Shown one piece after another: positions 1-9,192 of a stretch of 64,000 nucleotides of DNA (positions are counted from its first letter, which is position 1; each line of letters begins with the position of its first letter). The notes under the pieces were generated by a model, which worked only from the letters and a program-made list of their open reading frames with translations, had not been told where the DNA came from and searched no databases. The stretch is from NCBI GenBank assembly GCA_043817715.1, contig JBDRGO010000007.1, forward strand, positions 15,499 through 79,498, given 5' to 3'. The position numbers and the translations under genes are program-made. The DNA is from Candidatus Iainarchaeum sp. GTDB lineage: Archaea > Iainarchaeota > Iainarchaeia > Iainarchaeales > JAFGBZ01.

Positions 1-92
1 TGCATTTACCACAATTCATTTAATCAAAAAATACCAAAACAAATTTTAATGTATGTATTAAAATTAGTTAAATTAAGAAAATTAATAAAAAA

Positions 93-716
93 TCAGTATT
101 CTCTAAATCCTTTAATTCTTTTTTTATTAATACACTGCATTTCAATTTCAAATTTGCCTAATTCATTTCCTTCTAAAAAATAAACACAGTCATTTGACTG
201 CATAATGTTTTGTTTTCTTGGATTTAATCCAATTAAATTTGAAATAATCAATCTATTAACCCCTTCATGCGCAACAACCGCAATTGATTCATTTAAATGC
301 CTTGAAATTAATTTCTTTAATAAAGGAAGAATTTCATTAATATCTTTTTCAACATAACTTTGTCCTTTGAGATGCATAAAATCATATTTATGATAAACTC
401 TTTCATAAATTGATTCACCAAATTCAGCAATTACTTCTTCCATGCTTTTTCCTTCAAACACGCCAAAATTAAGTTCATTTAATTCACTTAATTTATGCAT
501 TGGAACTGAATGATTTTCATTAATTATTTCCGCGGTTTTAATTGCACGAATTAATTTACTTGAATAAATTTCAGAAAACTTTTCATTTAAAAGTAATTCG
601 CTTACTTTTTCCGCCTGTTCCAAACCAGTTTCATTTAAAGGAATGTCAGTTAAACCCTGAAATTTATGGATTTTATTCCATTCAGTCTGCCCATGACGAC
701 ATAAAATTAATTTCAA
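93..716 (-). CDS. Histidine phosphatase (phosphoglycerate mutase-like) family protein
   Basis: N-terminal LCRHGQT motif, S-x-L-x-RA, ELNFG and VAHEG motifs; last gene of the tal-tkt run. Confidence 0.88.
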   Translation of the reverse strand: MKLILCRHGQTEWNKIHKFQGLTDIPLNETGLEQAEKVSELLLNEKFSEIYSSKLIRAIKTAEIINENHSVPMHKLSELNELNFGVFEGKSMEEVIAEFGESIYERVYHKYDFMHLKGQSYVEKDINEILPLLKKLISRHLNESIAVVAHEGVNRLIISNLIGLNPRKQNIMQSNDCVYFLEGNELGKFEIEMQCINKKRIKGFREY

Positions 717-761
717 CTCAATACACTTTTCTTTTATTTCCTTTATTTTGAATTCTTTAAA

Positions 762-1703
762 TTATTTTTTTTCCTTTAAATTCAATTCAATTGTTTTTTG
801 TATTGCTTCCGAATTTAATCCATATTTCTGCCATAATTCCATTGGCTTTCCACTTTCACCAAATATATCAGGAACACCGATTCTGATTACTTTTGAAGGA
901 TAAGCCTCGCTTAAATACTCGGTTATTGCACTTCCCAATCCGCCAATGATTGAATGGTCCTCCAAAGAAAAAATCAACCCTGTTTTTTTTACGCTTTTCA
1001 AAACCTGCATTTCATCCAATGGCTTAATTGAACTCATGTTAATTACTTCACAAGAAATCTTTTTTTTCTTCAATTCCTGTGCAGCAATTAATGCCTCATT
1101 CAATACAGGCCCGCATCCAATAATTGAAACATCTTTGCCTTCCATTAAAGAAACTGATTTACCTAATTTGAATTCATAATTTTCAGCAAAAAAAGAATTT
1201 GCTTTTTCCCGGCATAAACGCAGATAAACAGGCCCTTTGATTTTTGCAGATTCAAAAACACTTGAATAAGCTTCCCAGTAATCCATTGGCTGAATTACTT
1301 TCATTGTAGGAATTCCTCGCATTAAAGAAATGTCCTCAATTGCCTGATGGGTTGCACCGTCTTCCCCTGTCATTAAGCCTGAATGGCTTCCCGCAAGCTT
1401 TACATTAAATGAAGAATAAGCTACCGCGTTTCTTATGGGTTCGAATGCGCGCCCGCATAAAAACATTGCAAAACTTGAGGCAAAAGGAATTTTTCCCGCA
1501 ATAGCCAAGCCAACCGCGGTTCCAATCATATCCTGTTCTGAAATTCCCATGTCGAAAAATCTTTCAGGAAATTTTTTTCCAAACAAAATTGATTTCGTTG
1601 ACTTTGCTAAATCAGCATCCAATGCAACAATATCCTTATTCTGTTCCCCTAAAGCAAGAAGCCCTGCTCCATAGCCTTCGCGGGTTGCTTTTTTTTCACT
1701 CAC
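762..1703 (-). CDS. tkt: Transketolase, C-terminal (pyrimidine-binding) subunit
   Basis: DADLAKST, GISEQDMIG, GEDGATHQ and EDHSIIGGLG motifs; overlaps the N-terminal subunit gene. Confidence 0.93.
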   Translation of the reverse strand: MSEKKATREGYGAGLLALGEQNKDIVALDADLAKSTKSILFGKKFPERFFDMGISEQDMIGTAVGLAIAGKIPFASSFAMFLCGRAFEPIRNAVAYSSFNVKLAGSHSGLMTGEDGATHQAIEDISLMRGIPTMKVIQPMDYWEAYSSVFESAKIKGPVYLRLCREKANSFFAENYEFKLGKSVSLMEGKDVSIIGCGPVLNEALIAAQELKKKKISCEVINMSSIKPLDEMQVLKSVKKTGLIFSLEDHSIIGGLGSAITEYLSEAYPSKVIRIGVPDIFGESGKPMELWQKYGLNSEAIQKTIELNLKEKK

Positions 1704-2539
1704 AAAGAATCACTTTCTTTTTTTAATTCTTCAAGTGCTTGTTTTGCTTCCTCATCATTCGGCGCAACACCATGCCATTCGCATTTGTTTTCCATAAAAG
1801 AAACTCCTTTTCCTTTAATTGATTTTAAAACAATTACTGTAGGCTTTTCCTTTGATTTTTTTGCTTCAGTAATTGCATTTAATAATTCATTGAAATCAGG
1901 TGCATTGCATTTCAAAGTATTCCAGCCAAATGCCTCAAATTTTTTTTCAATTGGAGCAACTTCCTTTATTTCTGAAACTTTTCCGTCAATCTGCAAATCA
2001 TTCCAATCCACAAAAGCAATTAATTTATTTAATTTTCTAAAACCAGAAGTCATTGCCGCTTCCCAAATCATTCCTTCCTGCAATTCGCCGTCACCCATTA
2101 AAACAAAAGTAAATGAATCAATTTTATCAATTCTTTTGCCTAAAGCAATTCCATTAGCAATACTTAAACCAGTTCCAAGCGGACCAGTGGATGCCTCAAT
2201 TCCTTTGGTTTTATGCGCTGCAGGATGCCCCTGCAAATGAGAATTGATTTTTCTAAAAGTCATTAATTCTTCAACAGAAAAATAATTTGATTCAGCCAGG
2301 CAGGCATATTGGGTTGGGCAGGCATGGCCTTTGCTTAAAATAAAATGATCTCTTTCACTCCAATTAGGTTTTTTGAAATCATGCTTTAATTCATGAAAAT
2401 ACAGCAATACAAGCAATTCAACACAGCTTAAAGAGCTTCCAGGATGCCCTGACTGCGCGGAATGAATCATTTTAATTATGTGCTGGCGGATTTTATTAGC
2501 CATTAATTTTAATTTTTTTTCTTCTTCTATTGAAAGCAA
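1700..2539 (-). CDS. tkt: Transketolase, N-terminal (ThDP-binding) subunit
   Basis: SGHPG, LSKGHA, LQGHP and GDGELQEG...N ThDP motif, KGKG, WHG. Confidence 0.93.
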   Translation of the reverse strand: MLSIEEEKKLKLMANKIRQHIIKMIHSAQSGHPGSSLSCVELLVLLYFHELKHDFKKPNWSERDHFILSKGHACPTQYACLAESNYFSVEELMTFRKINSHLQGHPAAHKTKGIEASTGPLGTGLSIANGIALGKRIDKIDSFTFVLMGDGELQEGMIWEAAMTSGFRKLNKLIAFVDWNDLQIDGKVSEIKEVAPIEKKFEAFGWNTLKCNAPDFNELLNAITEAKKSKEKPTVIVLKSIKGKGVSFMENKCEWHGVAPNDEEAKQALEELKKESDSL

Positions 2540-2578
2540 ATGAATTCACTTAAAATTATTTTTTCTTTTCCAGTTAAT

Positions 2579-3238
2579 TTACCTAATTTCTTTACTTTTT
2601 TCTAATTTTTTCCAGTCATCCAAAAATTTCTGTATTCCTGAATCAGTTAATTCATGTAAATACATTTCTTCCAGCACAGGGAATGGAATTGTTGCAATAT
2701 CCGCGCCAATCAATGCCGCACGCTTCACGTGCTCTGTGCTTCTCACTGAAGCAACAATTACTTTTGTTTTGAATTCATAATTATAAAGCATTGTAACTAT
2801 TTCATCAACTAATTCCATTCCGATTTCTCCTTTGTCATCCAAGCGCCCGACAAAAGGAGAAACATAAGTAGCACCAGCTTTTGCTGCCAACAATGCCTGA
2901 TTTGCTGTAAAAACAAGAGTAACATTTGTTTTAATTTTTTTCTTAGATAAAACCTGCACTGCTTTCATTCCTTCTTTTGTCATCGGAATTTTAATTACAA
3001 CATTTGAAGCGATTTTTGCCAGTTCAATTCCTTCTTTAACCATTCCTTCTGCATCCAAAGCAATTACTTCAGCACTAACTGGTCCCTTAATTAATTTGCA
3101 TATTTCTTTCAGGCGCGGAATGAATGGAACGCCTTCTTTTGCCGCAAGGGATGGATTAGTTGTAACGCCGTCAGCAATGCCCAGTTCCTTTGCTTTTTTT
3201 ATTTGCTCTAAGTTTGCGGTATCAACAAAAAACTTCAT
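2579..3238 (-). CDS. tal: Transaldolase (TalC/FSA family)
   Basis: [20 protein letters not shown] Schiff-base lysine, [17 protein letters not shown]. Confidence 0.92.
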   Translation of the reverse strand: MKFFVDTANLEQIKKAKELGIADGVTTNPSLAAKEGVPFIPRLKEICKLIKGPVSAEVIALDAEGMVKEGIELAKIASNVVIKIPMTKEGMKAVQVLSKKKIKTNVTLVFTANQALLAAKAGATYVSPFVGRLDDKGEIGMELVDEIVTMLYNYEFKTKVIVASVRSTEHVKRAALIGADIATIPFPVLEEMYLHELTDSGIQKFLDDWKKLEKSKEIR

Positions 3239-3402
3239 TTAAATCCCTCCTTGGGATTTAAAGCATTAAAATCTCTGATTTTAATTTTTAAATTTGCTTT
3301 TTGCAAATTTAAAGCTTTAAATTTTTCTAAAAAATTTAAATTCATAAAATTCACCAATAAAAATAAAGAAGCAAAGAGTTTTAAAAGAAAATTAAAAATG
3401 AA

Positions 3403-3915
3403 TCAATGCCTTGATTTAAATCTTTTAAAAAAAGGTTTTTCCTTAAGTATTGGCTTCCCTATATGTTGAAACAATTCAACAGCTAATTCATGAAACATTT
3501 GGTTAATCGCTGACTTTATTTCAACAGCATGTTCTTTAGAAAAGTGTTCAAGCGCCCCGTATGTTGCCTCACCAGCGCTTTTTGGATTCATTAACAATGC
3601 TTTTTTTACAGCAAAAAATGCGTTTTCTTTGTTACCCTCATGAGATTCAAAATGCTGATGTATTCTTTCAATTATTTCATTTTTTGCATTCTCAAAAATT
3701 AAGTTTTCAAGATAATCCATTAACATTGATCTTGCTTCTTCACTAGCCAGTTTTGGACGATTTAGCAATTCACGATACAACCTTACAACTACTTCTTTCT
3801 CAGTAATGCTATGCAGATTAGCTAATTCAAATATCTTTTCATTTGTTTCATGTTTAACTGTTTCAAGAGTTAATTTTTCTTCTGAGATTTTCCCGCCAAC
3901 CAATTTCATCACCAT
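3403..3915 (-). CDS. Hypothetical protein
   Basis: 170-aa ORF filling an intergenic gap, no recognisable motif. Confidence 0.6.
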   Translation of the reverse strand: MVMKLVGGKISEEKLTLETVKHETNEKIFELANLHSITEKEVVVRLYRELLNRPKLASEEARSMLMDYLENLIFENAKNEIIERIHQHFESHEGNKENAFFAVKKALLMNPKSAGEATYGALEHFSKEHAVEIKSAINQMFHELAVELFQHIGKPILKEKPFFKRFKSRH

Positions 3916-3948
3916 TAATTTATTGCATTAATTAAATTTAAATCCTAA

Positions 3949-4842
3949 TCAAACAAATTCCAGCCATTTCAAATAATCCTGGTTTTTTCCGTGGATAATT
4001 AATTCAAATTCATGAATTAATTTTTCTGTAACTGAATTCTTTTTTAATTTAAATTTTTTTTTATTGATTTGCTTTACAGAAACAATCCCTGCCGCGGTTC
4101 CGGTAACAAATACTTCTTCTGCATTCAATAATTCCTTTAATTTCACATTTTTTTCTTTAATTTTTAATTTCATTCCTTTTGCAATCTCAATAACTGAATT
4201 GCGAGTAATTCCTTCTAAAATTCCATTGATTTTCGGAATGAATAAAATCCTTTTTTTTACATAAAAAATGTTTTCCGCACTTGCTTCAGCCACTTGGTTT
4301 TTTTCATTCAGCATTAACGCGTCATCAAATCCTTTTTTGTTTGCATTGATTTTTGCCAAAAAAGAAACCGAGTAATTTCCTGAAACCTTTACTTCAAATA
4401 ATTCTTTATTAACCGCAGTTCTTCTGAAAGAAGAAACCATTAATTTGATTCCTTTTTTTCCTTCAAAGAATTTTTTTTGTTTTGAAGCCATTACTGCAAC
4501 AGAAACAGGAAAATCAATTTTATTTAAAAGCAAATAATTTCCTTCAAAAAAAATTATGGGACGGATGTATGCATCAGTTAATTTGTTTTTTTTCAAAAGC
4601 AGGGAAATAACTGAAATTAATTTCTTCTCAGTAATTTTTGGTTTTAAGTACATGAATTTTGCGGATTTGAATAACCGTTTAATGTGTTCTTTTAATTTAA
4701 AAACAGCAATTCTTTTTCCAATTTTATAACTTCTGATTCCTTCAAATACTGCTGTTCCATAATGCAATGAATTGCTTGAAACAGGAATTAATGCATTTTT
4801 TTTAGAAATGAATTTTCCATTTAAATAAATGAATTCTTTCAT
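3949..4842 (-). CDS. ilvE: Branched-chain amino acid aminotransferase (PLP class IV)
   Basis: LHYGTAVFEGIRSY, YIRP, K-x-x-GNY, EASAENIF, LEGITR, EVFVTGTAA. Confidence 0.9.
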   Translation of the reverse strand: MKEFIYLNGKFISKKNALIPVSSNSLHYGTAVFEGIRSYKIGKRIAVFKLKEHIKRLFKSAKFMYLKPKITEKKLISVISLLLKKNKLTDAYIRPIIFFEGNYLLLNKIDFPVSVAVMASKQKKFFEGKKGIKLMVSSFRRTAVNKELFEVKVSGNYSVSFLAKINANKKGFDDALMLNEKNQVAEASAENIFYVKKRILFIPKINGILEGITRNSVIEIAKGMKLKIKEKNVKLKELLNAEEVFVTGTAAGIVSVKQINKKKFKLKKNSVTEKLIHEFELIIHGKNQDYLKWLEFV

Positions 4843-4948
4843 GCAAGTATAAGAATTAAAGAAAATATTTAAATAAAAGAAGCTTTAAACCAAAAGAAAA
4901 CATAAATTATATTAATCTTAATAAGTTATTTATACCATAAGCAATTAA

Positions 4949-5740
4949 GTGAAGTTAATGCCTAAAACAAAATTAATCAATAAAATCCGATCCATGAAAG
5001 GAAAGGAATTGATTTCCATGGTTACTGCCTATGATGCAATTTTTTCAGAACTTGCATGCATTGCAGGAATTGACTTGATTCTTGTCGGAGACAGCGTGGC
5101 AAATGTAATGCTTGGATACAGGAACACGAAATCAATTTCAATGGATGAAATGCTTCATCATGTAAAAGCAGTTACAAGAGCAAAACCAAGTGTTCCTGTT
5201 GTTGCTGATATGCCTAAAGGAAGTTACAGTAATTCATTAAAAGCATTAAAAAATGCAAAAAAGTTTTTGAAAGAAAAAGCAGATGCAGTTAAAGTAGAAG
5301 GAGTAAATAAAAAAGCAATTTCAGCATTAAGAAATGAAGGAATTGAAGTAATGGGACATATTGGTTTATTGCCTCAAACTGCTTTAAAATATAAAGTGAA
5401 AGGAAAAAAACCAAGAGAAGCAAAAAAATTAATTAATGAAGCATTATTATTGGATTCAATGAATTGTTTTTCAATTGTAATGGAATGCGTTCCAAGTTCA
5501 CTCGCAGAAGAAATTACTTCACTTGTTTCTTGTCCAACAATTGGAATAGGAGCAGGAATAAAATGCGACGGGCAGGTGCTTGTAGTGAATGATTTAATTG
5601 GATTGCATGCTCAATCATTTAAACCAAAATTTGTTAAGCAATACTGTGATGTTTCAACTGAAATAATTCATGCATTAAATCAATTCAATTTAGAAGTAAA
5701 AGAAAGAAAGTTTCCAGGAAAAGAAAATTCATATGAATGA
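4949..5740 (+). CDS. panB: 3-methyl-2-oxobutanoate hydroxymethyltransferase
   Basis: MVTAYDA, LVGDS, VADMP, VKVEG, MGHIGLLPQ, PTIGIGAG...DGQVLV. Confidence 0.95.
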   Translation: MKLMPKTKLINKIRSMKGKELISMVTAYDAIFSELACIAGIDLILVGDSVANVMLGYRNTKSISMDEMLHHVKAVTRAKPSVPVVADMPKGSYSNSLKALKNAKKFLKEKADAVKVEGVNKKAISALRNEGIEVMGHIGLLPQTALKYKVKGKKPREAKKLINEALLLDSMNCFSIVMECVPSSLAEEITSLVSCPTIGIGAGIKCDGQVLVVNDLIGLHAQSFKPKFVKQYCDVSTEIIHALNQFNLEVKERKFPGKENSYE

Positions 5741-5774
5741 AAAAAAATTCGGGAAAAAACCAGGAGTGAATTAA

Positions 5775-6917
5775 ATGCAAAGAAAACATTCAAATTCACC
5801 TAAAAATTTATATCACCCTGAAATAAAAAGATTTGTTCGTAAAGCACTGAAAACTAAACGATTCTTAACAATGAAAGAAATAGCAAAACGGGCAAGTGAT
5901 TTAGCTAAACAAAAAAAAATAACTTGCCCCAGCAAAGCATCAATGTATGACAGAATAAAAGAATACAATAATAAAAATAGAATTAGGTCTCCAGAAGAAC
6001 TCCAAGAGCTTAGGGCAAGAATTAAAAAAGACAAAGCTAAATTGCCTGAAAAAACAAAAAATAAAATAATTGAATTAGGTTCAATTTATGAAATTGAAAC
6101 TAAAGAACCAAAATATACTCATGAAAAAATAAGAAAAATGACAGGAACATCAATACGTACAGTTTCATCAATTCTTAGGGGACAGGGATTTACAAGAATA
6201 CACACTCCAAGTAAAATAGAAAATGCCAAGAAACAAATAAGATTAATACAAAGGCCGATTATAAGACCAGATTTGGAAAAAATAAGTGCTACAACAGGTC
6301 CGTCAATAACTACTCTGCTTGAATTTATTAGACGAAACAACATTCCTTATCAAAGCACCCGCCAGCCAAGAACACCTGAAAGAAGAATTCCCTGGGGGCC
6401 TGAAAGAGAAAAAATATGGAATTCAATTATTAATGCAGTCAAGAACTATGGAAGAAGATGGACCAGCTTGTATTCTTCATCAACTGAAGCTGAAAAAATC
6501 GCATTCCAACAAGGATTTGAAATCTTTCAGTATTGGAATCCAGAGGTTCATAAAAGCCATGCTTTAAATTATGTCAGAGGAGGCATTCAAAGATACTTTA
6601 AAAAACAAGCCAAACAACAACGCGCCATTCGGCTTGACAGTCAAAGAAACCAATTTGATACTAAAGACAGATTAATGCATGAATCAATTCCTTCCACTCA
6701 AAAAGATCCGCTATTAGGAATTGAATTAAATGAAATATTTAGAAAAATTGATTCAGCAAAAGGAAAGTTTCCTAAAACAAAAGAAAATATGAAAAACGTT
6801 CTGAAACTAAAAATGCAAGGCTATAACAACGCGGAAATTGGAAAAAGCCTGCAGTTAAGCAGAGAAAGAATAAGGCAATTACTCAAATTAATACAAGATT
6901 TAATCAAACCGCAATAA
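5775..6917 (+). CDS. Basic multi-HTH protein with sigma70 region-4-like C-terminus
   Basis: C-terminal GYNNAEIGKSLQLSRERIRQL resembles the sigma70 4.2 HTH; additional HTH-like segment YTHEKIRKMTGTSIRTVSSIL. Confidence 0.6.
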   Translation: MQRKHSNSPKNLYHPEIKRFVRKALKTKRFLTMKEIAKRASDLAKQKKITCPSKASMYDRIKEYNNKNRIRSPEELQELRARIKKDKAKLPEKTKNKIIELGSIYEIETKEPKYTHEKIRKMTGTSIRTVSSILRGQGFTRIHTPSKIENAKKQIRLIQRPIIRPDLEKISATTGPSITTLLEFIRRNNIPYQSTRQPRTPERRIPWGPEREKIWNSIINAVKNYGRRWTSLYSSSTEAEKIAFQQGFEIFQYWNPEVHKSHALNYVRGGIQRYFKKQAKQQRAIRLDSQRNQFDTKDRLMHESIPSTQKDPLLGIELNEIFRKIDSAKGKFPKTKENMKNVLKLKMQGYNNAEIGKSLQLSRERIRQLLKLIQDLIKPQ

Positions 6918-6985
6918 ATTCATTATTTGTTTTTTCCATAAATTAATTCTTTTTAAACATTTCTTACTTTCAGTTTAGTGATTTT

Positions 6986-7579
6986 ATGATTTTAATTGTT
7001 TCCGGTTTTGCTGGTTCAGGAAAAAGCTCTTTAGCTGATTCATTAGGAAAGCATTTCAGTTTACGTGTAATTCATGCATCTGATGTAATGAAGCAATTAA
7101 TGGAAGGAAAACTTGATTTAAATAATACTAAAGGACACGAAGGTTTTTGGGAATCAAAGGAATCAGAGCACATAATGAAGCACAGAGAAGAAAACGATGA
7201 ATTAGATAAGAAATTAGATGAACTGCTGTTAAAAGAAGTAGAAAAAGACAATCTTGTATTGGATTCCTGGACAATGCCTTGGCTTTCAAAAAAAGGCATT
7301 AAAATTTGGTTAAATGCTTCTCCTGAAATAAGAGCTAAAAGAGTGAGTTTAAGGGACAAAATGAGTTTTGAAAAGATTTTAAGCAAAATAAAGGAAAGAG
7401 ATGAAAAAACAAAAGGTATTTATAAAAGAATTTACAACTTTAGTTTAGGCAATGATTTTGAACCATTTGATTTAATTATTGAAACAAATGAAATTAATCA
7501 AAAAGAAGTGTTTGAAAAAACATTAAAAGAATTAAAAAATTTAAATTTAAAGAAAAATAAAAAATTTAAGGAAAATTAA
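6986..7579 (+). CDS. cmk: Cytidylate kinase (archaeal type)
   Basis: IVSGFAGSGKS P-loop, IWLNAS...RAKRV...RD, YKRIY, DLIIET. Confidence 0.8.
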   Translation: MILIVSGFAGSGKSSLADSLGKHFSLRVIHASDVMKQLMEGKLDLNNTKGHEGFWESKESEHIMKHREENDELDKKLDELLLKEVEKDNLVLDSWTMPWLSKKGIKIWLNASPEIRAKRVSLRDKMSFEKILSKIKERDEKTKGIYKRIYNFSLGNDFEPFDLIIETNEINQKEVFEKTLKELKNLNLKKNKKFKEN

Positions 7580-7613
7580 AAAAAAAATTAAAGGATTTAA
7601 GGACGTGGTTTAA

Positions 7614-8315
7614 ATGGAAAGAATTAGCACTGGAATACCAGGATTGGATGATTTAACCCAGGGAGGAGTGCCAAAAGGAAGCACTATATTGATTTCAGGA
7701 GGGCCTGGAACAGGAAAAACAATTTTATGCCTGAATTACATTTATCAGGGAGCATTAAACGGAGAAGCAGGAATATACATTACGTTAGAGGAAGGGGCGG
7801 AAAATATTTCTTGGAACATGGAATCCTTTGGATGGGATATTGGTTCACTGCAGGAAAAAGGATTAATTAATATTCACAGGGTAAGGTTTGATGCTCACCA
7901 GAATATTGAATCACAGGTTGAAGAGGAACTGAAAATTATTGCTGAACTGGTTCAGGAAACAGGCGCGAAAAGGCTTGTTGTTGATTCCACCACTGCATTC
8001 GGAATATGGATTGAAGGCAAGGGAATGCTAAGGCACCAGTTATTTGAATTCACTTCCAAATTAAAGGAACTGGACTGCACTACTTTTTTGATTTCTGAAA
8101 CAAAATCAGAAAGAAATGTTTTTTCTGCAATGGGAGTGGAAGAATTTGTTGCAGACGGAGTGATTGCATTGTATTTTACCCCGCCTCACAGGAATATTTT
8201 TGTAAGAAAAATGCGCGGAACAAACCACTCAAAATCAGTTCATCCATTTGACATAACTGAAAGGGGAATAGTGGTCCATTCAAGGGACGAAGTATTATGG
8301 GATGCAATCAAATAA
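7614..8315 (+). CDS. KaiC/RAD55-family RecA-superfamily ATPase (single domain)
   Basis: STGIPGLD, GGPGTGKT, ITLEE, RLVVDS, ADGVI, KMRGT. Confidence 0.92.
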   Translation: MERISTGIPGLDDLTQGGVPKGSTILISGGPGTGKTILCLNYIYQGALNGEAGIYITLEEGAENISWNMESFGWDIGSLQEKGLINIHRVRFDAHQNIESQVEEELKIIAELVQETGAKRLVVDSTTAFGIWIEGKGMLRHQLFEFTSKLKELDCTTFLISETKSERNVFSAMGVEEFVADGVIALYFTPPHRNIFVRKMRGTNHSKSVHPFDITERGIVVHSRDEVLWDAIK

Positions 8316-8402
8316 AAGAATTCCCGTTCAATTAAATAAAAAAACAATAAGTAATAAGTAAAAAAAATTCCTTTCAATTATAACTGAGCAAGGGAAAAAG
8401 AA

Positions 8403-9137
8403 ATGCATTCAAACCATTCCAGCAAGAAAAACAGAAAACCAAGAGACAGAAAGCCAAATAGTAATGGAAAGAATATTTCTTCAAAGCTGGAAAGGTATTT
8501 AACTAGGCGCGATTTTTATCGTGCATTGATTGAAAAAGAAACCAGAAAACCAAACCCTGAACTTAATTTTTTCACGCCGAATGCATTAATGATACAAGCA
8601 TTTCATGCAAAAGACGGCGGAATTACTTTAAGGCATAGCAGGTTTGTTGACTCAATTGCTTCAATTATATACAATCATTTGACTAAAGCAGAAAAAGAAA
8701 AAATTCATGCAGAAAATGTATCCCTTGCTGCAAGACTGCACGATATCGGAAAATTAATGGTTAGGTCAGAACTTTTAAGCAATACAGGAGAACTTAACCA
8801 AAAAGAAAAGGAAGAAATAAGGAAACATCCGCAGCATGCAAGAAAAATACTTGAAATGGAAGGGCTGCCTGAAGAAATAATTGAAGTTGCCGAAAAACAT
8901 CATTCGCCGCTTGCAGAACAAAGCCAGTTAACAAGGCTAATTGCAATATCCGATGCAATTGCAACAATGCATGGCGAAAGATATTATGAAAAAAAAACAA
9001 TTACCGAAATAATTGAGGAATTAAGAAAACAGAGCGGAAAAATGTTTGACCCAATATATGTTAAGACAGCAATTAAAGCATTGAATAACAGAAAAATACT
9101 GCAAAAATGGGAAGAAATATTCAGGAAACGCGAATGA
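8403..9137 (+). CDS. HD-domain phosphohydrolase, HD-GYP-like but lacking the GYP loop
   Basis: RHSRFV, LHDIGK, IRKHP, KHH, IAISDA, GKMFDP; basic low-complexity N-terminus. Confidence 0.8.
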   Translation: MHSNHSSKKNRKPRDRKPNSNGKNISSKLERYLTRRDFYRALIEKETRKPNPELNFFTPNALMIQAFHAKDGGITLRHSRFVDSIASIIYNHLTKAEKEKIHAENVSLAARLHDIGKLMVRSELLSNTGELNQKEKEEIRKHPQHARKILEMEGLPEEIIEVAEKHHSPLAEQSQLTRLIAISDAIATMHGERYYEKKTITEIIEELRKQSGKMFDPIYVKTAIKALNNRKILQKWEEIFRKRE

Positions 9138-9192
9138 AAAATTAATTTTCCAGAATTCTTTATTTTAATCAATTCCTATTTTAATCAATTCT

